This document shows, piece by piece, positions 1 through 9,091 of a stretch of DNA of 64,000 nt (positions within the stretch are counted from its first letter, which is position 1; each line of letters begins with the position of its first letter). The notes beneath the pieces were generated by a model. It was not told the DNA's origin. It made no database searches and saw only the letters and a list, made by a program, of their open reading frames with translations. Source of the stretch: Caecitellus pseudoparvulus (Eukaryota > Protista > Bigyra: Bicosoecida); the NCBI GenBank assembly GCA_965644315.1, contig CBFFRQ010000038.1, positions 293,178-357,177 on the forward strand, written 5' to 3'. Position numbers and translations under genes: made by a program.

Positions 1-190
1 GAAACGAGCAAACAGGGTGGCAGTGAGAACTCAGCAACTATCATGCCCGCCGAATCCAGGCAGTGCAGGCTTCTTCTCAGCTCTTGGCCCGCCCCCCCAG
101 GTGGCGGCGGACTCTGCCCCCAAGCCTGGCAAGGTGCGCCGGGTTCAAGGTACATCCGCGGGAGAGAAAGTACCCCCCGGGCTATTGAGG

Positions 191-1130
191 TCAACGCTGG
201 ATACAGTTGCCTCGCTCCGCCTGTGTGACTGGCTGCCTGGGCATGGTGGGGCGGCGGGTGGGGAGGGCTCGGGCAGTGGGACGTCGGCTCCTCACGCAGC
301 TGGCGCGGAAAGTCCAGGGGGGGTGGATCTGTGGGCAGGGTTGCCAGTGCTCTTTCCAGAGGTCCGGCAGTACCTGGACCGAGGTGGGCCCGTTCGCCAG
401 GAAGTCATTGACTCCCAGCGTGTTCACATTGCCGCCACACTCAATACCATGGTTGGGGGGCTTGGAGGCGCACATCAGCCATACGGCCATGCCTGACAGG
501 GTCCCGCAACGCCACGGTCAATTCATTATACGTTAGCAAACGATACGCGCGCACAGTCGTTGAGGTGGGGAACGCTTGTGTGTTTGTTGCTCCTGAGGCC
601 GTTGCCGACTGCAGCGAAGGACCCTTGTACTCGATGGCACGAGCAGCAGGGCCGGTGTCTGGGGTGGGGCACCGCGCACTGCCAGCAAGGCTGGATCTGG
701 CAGTGACAGGGCATGTTGCACCACTTTTCCGTGACGAGCGCATGCGTGCGGGTGTCGAGGCTGGGCACGGCCTCATTCCATTGCGGTGTGCGCCAGAGGT
801 GCTGGCCGATCGCCACGATTGCAGGCACGCCCTGGAATCCTTGCCAGCAAGCAGTGCCGCGTCGATAACACGGCAGAGTATCGATGACCGCCTTGAATGC
901 GAGCGCTGGCGGTACTTGCCCATGGACGCAGGCGGGCTGGGGCATCTGGGTGCGTGGAGGAAAGCGAAACGCAGACGAAACTGCACGCGCTCATTGATGG
1001 TGTACATGCGCTTGTTGCTACAGACGAGCAGGATCCAGAGTCTCACGTGCAGCTTCTCCAAAGTCTTGGCCTGTCTGACCTCAAGCACGTTCAACGCATT
1101 GCTGACGTCGGTGTGAGGATGGCAGCTCGC
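191..1130 (-). CDS. Probable multi-exon gene of unknown function (partial model, boundaries uncertain)
   Basis: Minus-strand segments with GC3-rich codons (VSNALNVLEVRQAKTLEKLHVRLWILLV; FKAVIDTLPCYRRG...LVTEKW; MAVWLMCASKPPNHG...WKEHW). A GTGCGC...CAG intron at about 493-554 joins the last two segments in frame. No domain recognised. Confidence 0.35.
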
Positions 1131-1679
1131 CCGCCTGCTGCAGGCAGGTACTCCGCTGTGCCTCCAAGCCAGGAGTTGCAGCGGCCAGCAGCAGCTTTGG
1201 CGGCGAGTGACAGCGCTGGAAACACACGCGGCAAAGAGTGCTCTGCAGGCAATTATTCTCCCCCGTTTCCTCTCCCCTCCCTCCCTCGTCACTCTGCGTT
1301 GCCGGGCAGCTGGAAGCAACACTTGCTCGTGCAAGCAACAGCACGCAAAGTGAGGCGCAGCCCGCGCCACGAGCACTTCCCCGCCGCCACACCCCACGTT
1401 TTCCTTCGCGCTCTTCTCTCAGGTAGCTGCCAAGCCAGCCATGGAAGTTCTGCTGACCGTGAAGCAGGCAGGCAATGTGCACCTTGCGTTTCTGGCGGAG
1501 TCACACCCGTTGCATGCATACTACCAGGCCCTCAAAGTGCGTACTTGACCTTGTTTACTTCGCTCCTTGTGTGGCATGTCAAGTAAGTCTGCTCTCTATC
1601 CCCGCAGCGTCGTGCGTTGGGCGGTGCGACACTCTGGCCCGACACGCCTCCTGACATCCCAGCACTGCTGGCCGCCCGC

Positions 1680-2738
1680 ATGGCTGCCCCCGCCGCTTCG
1701 CCAGCACCGCCCGTTGTCGGACTTGTGGACTACAGCGACTCAAGTGACTCGGATGCGGTCGATGAGGCTGCAACCGAGGGCGGTGGGCCCACTGTGCCGC
1801 CGCCCCAGCCACAGGAGAAGAGCGATGCCCTGGCATGGGCTTGGGCGCAGCTGCCCCCCGCTGCTGATCTGAGTCGCCGAGCGCGAGCCATGCTGCTGGA
1901 GGCGCCCACACAGTATCGCAGTGCGGCCACGGCCTTGATCAGTCAGCTGTGCGAGGCAGTGCGCCGCGTTTGGCGTTGCGAGGTGAAACGCCGGCGCGAA
2001 GCAGCCAACGCAGTGTGGGGCGCAGACACAGCGCCTTGGCTAGTGCCACCTGCCGCGTCCGCCGCCAAACGGGCTCTTGAGCTGCCACGTTGCTTGCAGC
2101 ATGCTGGAGCTCTGGGGCTGCGGGCACTCGTGCAAGCGGAGGCGGCTGCACTGCCCAGCCTGTCAGCTGAACACGCCGCTGCACTTGGGCAATGCCAAGC
2201 GTACGCTGCTGCGAGGCGAGCGACGGCAGCCGTAGCTGCAGCCTTAGGAGCTGCCATGGTGTGCGCCTGCAGTGGTGGGTTGGCTATTCGAGGTCGTGCA
2301 GTCGGCAGCCGATTCGCCTCCGACGCAGGTGGTGGCGGTCTGGCCCTGCCGCCTTGCAGCCGGGGGCAAGTGGAGGCTGTCATCGGCATCAAAGCGAGCG
2401 CACAGAGCCAACGGCTGATTGCGTGCACGCTGGTGTGCGAGCCTGCTCTGCCTGGTTTGGCGGCGGTGGCTGGCGCAGCGGGCGTTGCAGAGGGCAGCGC
2501 AGGAGAGCTTGCAGTTGAGGCAGGCTGGACTGCGGCAGCCACCGCCTCCGACCACAGAAGCAAGAGGGCCCGCGAGGAGGGAAGTGACCAGTGCCTGGAC
2601 CAGGAGGTGTCCAAACGCGTGCGCCGGCTGCAGCGTGCTCGGTTGCTTGCAGGTCACTTCAGCGCGGGAGCGAGTGAAACCCCCAGCACAGCTCAAACGG
2701 CCACAAGTGAGAAATCACCGTCACTGGGCGAAAGTTGA
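1680..2738 (+). CDS. Hypothetical Ala-rich protein (~350 aa)
   Basis: Uninterrupted ORF (track 1617..2738), first ATG at 1680. Contains an acidic LVDYSDSSDSD patch and a basic KRAR...KRVRR stretch. No domain recognised. Confidence 0.55.
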   Translation: MAAPAASPAPPVVGLVDYSDSSDSDAVDEAATEGGGPTVPPPQPQEKSDALAWAWAQLPPAADLSRRARAMLLEAPTQYRSAATALISQLCEAVRRVWRCEVKRRREAANAVWGADTAPWLVPPAASAAKRALELPRCLQHAGALGLRALVQAEAAALPSLSAEHAAALGQCQAYAAARRATAAVAAALGAAMVCACSGGLAIRGRAVGSRFASDAGGGGLALPPCSRGQVEAVIGIKASAQSQRLIACTLVCEPALPGLAAVAGAAGVAEGSAGELAVEAGWTAAATASDHRSKRAREEGSDQCLDQEVSKRVRRLQRARLLAGHFSAGASETPSTAQTATSEKSPSLGES

Positions 2739-2868
2739 ACCCGGTGAATGCAAACCCCTGCAACTCGCAACAGGGCCCAGTTTGCCCGGAGGTTCCTGTG
2801 TTGCACTGCAGGGCTTGCCCGGCCTTGGGAAGTGCCGGGTTTTGGCTGGGCTGGTGCGATTCCCGGGC

Positions 2869-5800
2869 ATGCCGCCGAAAGCCTCCAAGCGCAGGGGCTT
2901 GCCCGCCGCCAGCGCCTCGGACGCCTTCGCACAGCTGGCAAAGGGAGGGCCACTGAAGCTGAAATCTCGTCCATCCTTCCCACAGCTGCCGTCGGCCGCT
3001 TTGAGCGCTGCATCCTACGATGAGGGGGAGGGGGCAGCTGCAAAATCCGCTGCTGCCAACGGTCCCAGGCAAGCGACTCCTGCAGCAGGGTCGCCACGCG
3101 GAAAGGGCGAGAAAACTGCCAAGCCAAGCACTGCATCAAAGACGCCAGCTGCCGCACGACGGTCGGGATCAGCTGCGTTGGGCGAAGGCCGGGCACGCTC
3201 CGTTAGCGCCAGCGGGGTTGCAAGGGCCATGCCTGGAACACCCGCTTCGCCAACGACCAAGACACAGAGCAGGGGATCTGCGGCGAAGAAGTCCAGCTCA
3301 ACAGTGGATATTTCGCCTAAAGCGCTCAAGGCGGCTCTTGCAGCGGTGCAGGCCCTGTATTCCTCCGGCACTGTGAGCGGGGAAGTGCTGGCGCTGGCGC
3401 TGGGCCACTGGCTCGCTGCGGTGCAGAGCGGCGAAAGTGCGGCTGGCACCGCAGCGGCCGGGCACTTCTCCATCGCAGGTGGCGGCGAGGGGGCAGTTTC
3501 CAAGGTGTGTTTGGGGGATGCCCCCCTGCGCATGGTGCTGCAGCTGGCGCAGGCCGTGGCAGGTGCGGAGTTTGACCTGCACGGTCGTGATGGCGTTGCC
3601 GTTGAGGCCGACACTGCGCGAGCACAGGCTGGCCCGGCGGCCAAGCGAGCCCGGAACACCTCGGCAAGCTCTGCCAGCTCCACGCCCCCCTCCCAGCGCC
3701 GTGTGCGTTTCTGCACGTTTGACCTGTCTGTGCCCGACGCCACCGCCCGTGACGTGGGCACAGCGCACTACATTCTGCCGTACACTGAGCCAGCTGCCCC
3801 CAGCACGGCAGAGGAGCTGTTCACCATTGGCGGCAAGTTGGTGCAGCCGCCAGTGGCAGAGGCGCAGGGCGCCACGCTGCCGCCCGGAGCAACTGCCCCT
3901 GCTGTGACTCCCACGGACTCGGGGCAATCTGTGCCGGGAGTCACTGGCGCATGTGGCGTGCCCAAGCAGCACCCCTTGAAACGGCCCATGTCCAAGCGCC
4001 CCCCACGGTGGGCCAGCTCAGTGCCCTCAGATGCCTTGGCAGCACTGCCTGTGCCACCAGGTGCTGCGGCCGCCTATGCAGAAAGCACGCTGGTGCACTG
4101 CCCCAGTGTGCCAGGTGGGCCCACTCGCCGTGCTGCGGCAGGGGCAGTGCCCGCTACACCTACCTCCTTTATGCTGCCACCTCCAGTGGCCTCCACCTGC
4201 CCCATCGTCCTGCGTCACCCGCAAGAGCGCCTTGCAGTGGCGTTGCACGGGGTGATGGAGTGCGCTGCGCCGCTGCGCTCAGGCTTGGAGGGCCGTGGGC
4301 GGAGTGCTGCCACGCAAGCATGCCACGCAGTGGTGCGTGCAGTGCACGACACACTGGCTGCATGGGGACTGGAGCCCCCTGTGTCTGTCGGCAGTGCGGA
4401 GCGTGCTGCATCTCGGCGCAGCGCGAAACGCCCTCGTGCACAGGCAGCCCAATCGGGGCCCCTGCACCGCCGGCTAGCTGCCTCCACGTTCAAATCCGCT
4501 GCTCAGACTCTGGCACGAGAAATTAGCACCCTCTTTGTGCCTCGACATGCGACTGTCTCGAGTGGGCCGTGGCAGGTGACTGACGTGGCGCCTGCGCCGC
4601 TGTTGCTGCCGTTTCAGCAGCGGTACACGGAAGTCATCAGCTCGCTGTTCCGACACACCTTGCGGCGTGCTTTCAACGGACAGGTGTGGGAAGACGAGTC
4701 TCCCTTCATGCAGCTGCACATGGCGTTGTTGCGGGAGGAGGGCGGTGTGGACGGGGAGGAAGAGGAGACGGGTGGCAGTGGTGACGAGGAGTTCGTGCCA
4801 GACGGCAACGCAGCAGGCGCTGACGCAGCCTCCACCACCGGCCTGCCTGACTCCACCCATGCAGCTGCCGATTCGTCCGCTGCTACGAGTGACGCCGAGG
4901 CGCAGGTGGTGGATTTGGAGGAGGCTTCCCCAGAGGCCATGGCTGCCATGGCGCAGGTGGAGGCTGCCTGGCTGGCCAGCGTGGCTCCAGATGAGCCCGG
5001 CGCCAGCGCAGAGGATGAGGGGAAGAGCGTGGCGTCGGCCACCAGTGCCATGTCCGCTGCGTCGCGGGCCAAGGTGCCTGGGGCTGGCTCTGGCGTGGGT
5101 GTGGGGGGGGGTGCCACGGAGGATGGCTCCTACCTCAGCATAGCGGATGGGGAGGTGTTGAAGTACAACAGCGATGACTTGGCGGCGCTGGTGTACAGGG
5201 CGCTGCTGCAGCTGCACTGGGGGCGCTCCGTCTTGCTGCGCATGATCCACCCCCACACGCTGCTGCCCAGCACGGGGGAGGGCGAGGGGGGGTCAGCCCC
5301 CCCTCCCGGAGGCAGTGGAGGGTCGGCCTCCGCCCTCACTCTGCAGCAGTGCGTGGACCGGGCCCCCGTTCAGGACCTGGCCACGGCGTACGAGTTCTGC
5401 GTGGGGCACATGTTCCTGCAGGAGTTGCTGACGGCGCCCAGTGTCATCGCGGCAGTGGAGGGGGGGGGCGACGCATGGACCACCCTGCAGCGTCTGGGTG
5501 CGCATGTCATTGCCTGGGGTTTGGTGGAGGAGGGGCATGCTGGCGCCTTTGCAGACCTGCTGGCGCTGGGCAGGCAGTTGTCAGCAGAGGAGGAGACGGT
5601 GCGGGAGGTGCTGGCGTGTGTGGCGCCCACCCTCACGCGGCACCACCGGGCTCTCGCGCGAGCCCGAGCAAATTCCGCATCTCGCCGGCGCAAGGGCTCA
5701 GCCCGTGGCGGCAAGTCCTCTGCCCGGGCCTCCATGGCGGCTTCCAACTGGTCCCTCGCTGCCATGCCCAGTGCCAGCGACTCGCCGGGTCAGGGTGTGG

Positions 5801-6246
5801 CGGCTTCCCTGCTGCGCCCGGCAGAGGGCACCTTTGACGCTGCCTCAAACACCTGGCGTTTCGGGCGTTACACCGGCCTGTCAGTGACGGCAGCACAGCT
5901 GCACGCGGAGGAGCTCTTCCTGTCAGCCCCGCACCGCTTCCAGTACCCCAAGCTGGCGTGGGCCAAGCCCTGGCTGGGCATGTCGTTGGAGGAGCTGGCG
6001 CAGCTGACTGGCCAGTGCGAGGAGGAGGAGGAGGAGGAGGAGGAGGAGGAGGGGGGTGACACGGTGCACCTGTTGGGTCTGTCGGGGCTGGGGCAGATGA
6101 TGCAGAGCGGCGCCGTGCCCCCCCCTGGCCATGGGTCCAAGGTCCCGAGCAGCCCACCTCGTGTTGGCGGAGCGGCGCAGGGGAAGGGAGCGCAGGCCAG
6201 TGCTGCAGTGCCGCCTTCTCCTGTTGCGTTTCCATTCTCGGGTTGA
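2869..6246 (+). CDS. Large hypothetical protein (~1125 aa): disordered basic N-terminus, helical core, acidic tracts
   Basis: Long intronless ORF; MPPKASKRR start at 2869, 130 bp after the previous stop. Poly-Glu near the C-terminus. Confidence 0.7.
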   Translation: MPPKASKRRGLPAASASDAFAQLAKGGPLKLKSRPSFPQLPSAALSAASYDEGEGAAAKSAAANGPRQATPAAGSPRGKGEKTAKPSTASKTPAAARRSGSAALGEGRARSVSASGVARAMPGTPASPTTKTQSRGSAAKKSSSTVDISPKALKAALAAVQALYSSGTVSGEVLALALGHWLAAVQSGESAAGTAAAGHFSIAGGGEGAVSKVCLGDAPLRMVLQLAQAVAGAEFDLHGRDGVAVEADTARAQAGPAAKRARNTSASSASSTPPSQRRVRFCTFDLSVPDATARDVGTAHYILPYTEPAAPSTAEELFTIGGKLVQPPVAEAQGATLPPGATAPAVTPTDSGQSVPGVTGACGVPKQHPLKRPMSKRPPRWASSVPSDALAALPVPPGAAAAYAESTLVHCPSVPGGPTRRAAAGAVPATPTSFMLPPPVASTCPIVLRHPQERLAVALHGVMECAAPLRSGLEGRGRSAATQACHAVVRAVHDTLAAWGLEPPVSVGSAERAASRRSAKRPRAQAAQSGPLHRRLAASTFKSAAQTLAREISTLFVPRHATVSSGPWQVTDVAPAPLLLPFQQRYTEVISSLFRHTLRRAFNGQVWEDESPFMQLHMALLREEGGVDGEEEETGGSGDEEFVPDGNAAGADAASTTGLPDSTHAAADSSAATSDAEAQVVDLEEASPEAMAAMAQVEAAWLASVAPDEPGASAEDEGKSVASATSAMSAASRAKVPGAGSGVGVGGGATEDGSYLSIADGEVLKYNSDDLAALVYRALLQLHWGRSVLLRMIHPHTLLPSTGEGEGGSAPPPGGSGGSASALTLQQCVDRAPVQDLATAYEFCVGHMFLQELLTAPSVIAAVEGGGDAWTTLQRLGAHVIAWGLVEEGHAGAFADLLALGRQLSAEEETVREVLACVAPTLTRHHRALARARANSASRRRKGSARGGKSSARASMAASNWSLAAMPSASDSPGQGVAASLLRPAEGTFDAASNTWRFGRYTGLSVTAAQLHAEELFLSAPHRFQYPKLAWAKPWLGMSLEELAQLTGQCEEEEEEEEEEEGGDTVHLLGLSGLGQMMQSGAVPPPGHGSKVPSSPPRVGGAAQGKGAQASAAVPPSPVAFPFSG
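6019..6051 (+). repeat. (GAG)11 coding microsatellite (poly-Glu)
   Basis: Perfect GAG run read directly from the sequence. Confidence 0.95.
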
Positions 6247-6372
6247 CTCGGCTCCCGCACCGTGCTCGCCAATGGCGCATCTGCCAAAACCGTTTGAAAA
6301 TGTACCTGCGTGCGACGTCCTGTGTGCGCCATTCTGCCAGTTCCCTGCTTCGTTGCGCTCAGTGTGTTCGAC

Positions 6373-8012
6373 ATGGTTGCTGCTCGGCCAGCTCGTGCGG
6401 TGGTGCACCTGGCCCGGACGGCCCCCGCAGCAAAAGGCGAGGCTCTCGGCGCAGTGGCCACCCCATCACTGTGTGTGGATGAGGCTGCGTTGCGTCGCAA
6501 CGTTGCTCGGGCTGTGGCCATTGCGAAGGCCGCAGGGAGCGCCACCATCCGCCCCCATGTGAGGGGAAACGCGAGCGAAACGCCTGTCTTGCCAGGCGCG
6601 CCACTCCCCCCCCTGGCAACCGATGCAGATCAAGTCTTGCAAGAGTGCAGACCTTGCTCGCATCATGGTGAGAGCGGTCACTGTATACTGTGCACGTGCT
6701 TGGCGGCCGCTGCACTGTCGTTGGCCTGCTTGGTGTGCAGATTGAGGCTGGGCAAGGCGTCATCTCAGGCATGTGCTGCCAGAAAGTGGTGGAGGCAGAG
6801 GCCATGGTGGAGGGCGGCATTCACGACGTCTTCCTGGCAAACGAGGTCATTGGAGAAGACAAGGCCCTCAGGCTGGCTGCGCTGGCCGCTGCTCCGCACC
6901 ACGCTGCTGTGTCTGTGGTTGTGGACAGCGAGCTGGGCGTGCAGCAGCTGCAAGCTGCAGCCAAGGCGAACCAGGTCGTGCTGGGGGTGCTCGTGGAGGT
7001 GGACGTGGGCCAGGCCCGCTGTGGTGTGGCTGACGCAGCAGCGGTGGCTGCCTTGGCCCAGCACGTGGCCAGCGCCAGCCACCTGCGTTTCGTGGGCGTG
7101 CAGGCGTACCACGGCGCAGCGCAGCACATCCGCCACTGGGCGCAGCGTGCCGAAACCATCAAGGGCGTCGTGGACATCGCTACGTCTTGTGTGACTGCCT
7201 TGCAAGAGGCTGGCCTGGTGTCAGCTGACTTGTCCCTGCCACCATACACACCACCAGAGGGAGTGCTGGCGAGCTGCAGCATTCCGCCAGACACCACGCT
7301 GCGAGTCACTGGCGCAGGCACCGGCACCTTCCCCTTGGAGGCAGCATCAGGCGTGTTCACAGAGCTCCAGCCAGGCAGCTTCATCTTCAATGACGTGGAC
7401 TATGCGCGCAATGAGGCGTGGGTCAGCGGCACGCACCTGCCGCAGTTCCCCTTTGCCACGGCGGCCATCGACTCAGCGCTCGCAGCGGTGCCTGTGCAGA
7501 GTCAGCCTGCCCTGTTGGGGGAGGGTGCAGAGGAGTCCCTGGCAGTGGGTGAGGCCCCAGGCAGCGGCGAGGAGTGGGGGCAGCTGTGGGAGCACAGTTT
7601 GTTCCTGCTAGCCACGGTGATGAGCCGCAATGTGCAGGGGGGCTACGCAGTCCTGGACTGCGGCATGAAGGCGCTGTCTGTGGACTCCGGCCAGCCAGTG
7701 CTGGCGACGAGTGTTGCAGGGGCCCGCCGAGCGGGTGCCAGCGGCGCGGGGGCAGTGTTTGGAGTGACAACGGACGAACACTCCACAGTGCTGGCTGTGG
7801 ATGCGGAAGGTAAACGGCTGGCGGGGCAGGCAGCCGAGGAAGTGCTGCCAGAGCTGGGCAGCAAGGTGCTGCTGGTGCCGTCTCACTGCGACCCCACTGT
7901 GAACCTGCACGACTTCATCGTGCTGTTCACTTGCCCTGCGGAGGCGAGTGACCCGATGGCCTCCCAAGTGCAGTCAGTGGTGCAGGTGCAGGCCAGGTCT
8001 CCTGGGTACTGA
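6373..8012 (+). CDS. Fold-type III PLP enzyme, DSD1/D-threonine aldolase family; exons 6373-6558, 6629-6667, 6741-8012
   Basis: Motifs TPSLCVD, RPH|IKSCK (PLP Lys), VLVEVDVGQARCGV, GVQAYHG, TGAGTGT, ELQPGSFIFND, LDCGMKALSVDSG, DEH and VPSHCDPTVNLHD. Two phase-0 GT-AG introns of 70 and 73 nt restore the frame. Confidence 0.9.
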
Positions 8013-8157
8013 AGTGTGTGCATTGGAGCAGGAACTGCAGCACCAAGCACAAGAAGAGTATGGGTCAAAGCAAAGCAAGCAATGCAGCAAAGAGCGCCCA
8101 GCCTGGTGTGGCAGGCTGACGAACAAGGCGCTGGGGGAGACAGACGCGGTTGGTGAA

Positions 8158-8766
8158 TCAAAAACGCTTTCGGACGGGCGCAGACAGCCGGGTGGGCACG
8201 TGCTGCAGCCCCCACATGGGGGAGGCTCCCAGTACAACTGTTCCAGACACTTGCACTGTTTCTCCGTGGAGGTTTTGTCCACATTCATGGTGCACAACGC
8301 GCGCAGCGCCGCCGGGCCCAGGCATGCAGGTACTGCGCTTCACCTGCACAGTGAGGCGCTCCGCACCACTGGCGGCGTCACACGCTCCTGCAGAGAGAAG
8401 AAGAACAAGCACATGCGTGTAAAACGTTGGTCGATGTGAAGCGGCTTGGCGTGGGAATGGCAGGGCACGCACGGGAAATGACGCCAAAGTTAGCTTCCTT
8501 CCCCAACGGTGAGTACTGCGCCCCATCCCCGCTTGCTTCTGAGAAGGCCGCTGCTAGAGTGGCTGCTGCGCTCTGCAGGTGCAAAGCATGCTGACAAGGG
8601 CCAAACGTATGCTTGCGCATGGACGGGCCGGCTGTGTACGTCAAGGGCGCGTGGTGAGGTGGGGCAGCCCGCACGCGGCGTGGCACGTGCACTGTCACGC
8701 ACCCTGGGCGCTGACCGCGGCGCACACGGCCAGTACTGCAACCAATGCAACCGATTTCCACATCAT
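8158..8766 (-). CDS. Small secreted protein (150 aa), possibly cystatin-fold; introns 8632-8702 and 8388-8472
   Basis: Signal peptide MMWKSVALVAVLAVCAAVSAQ. Two GTGCGT...CAG introns give a 453-nt open frame. The ORF track does not show it as one unit. Confidence 0.7.
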
Positions 8767-9091
8767 GGTGAATGGGGGAGCACCGAGCGGCTTCCTGGCG
8801 CAGGCGCTGCAGCTGTGACGGGTGGGTCACTTGGCAGAGGAAACGGAAAGGCACTGCACTGTCCAATGCAAGGAACAGCCGTTGATAGCGTTGAAACAGG
8901 CACGCCGGAGATCGATGTATGCGGCAATGTTCATACTTGATTGTCGTGCTTCTCACTCACTGTTGCATTCGAAATTTGCCTGAGGGGCATTGTCCTCCTG
9001 CGGCACAAATCACGCTTCCCTCCCGCACCAGGAATGCACCCCGGCACAAGCGGAAGCCCACCGCGCAGCTGACACAGGGATAGCGGACGGC

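Noticed and set aside
1583-1607. 25-nt GTAAGT...CAG micro-intron linking ATG 1576 to the downstream ORF
   Set aside because: The splice phase does not restore the frame, and it is far shorter than the other introns here.
2419-2868. Upstream extension of the 1275-aa ORF overlapping the previous gene
   Set aside because: Non-ATG start overlapping another CDS; MPPK at 2869 is a more natural start.
8570-8750. Plus-strand RCKAC-TGA-QGPNV reading suggesting a selenoprotein
   Set aside because: The region is fully explained by the minus-strand spliced gene with a signal peptide; there is no convincing start and no SECIS was identified.
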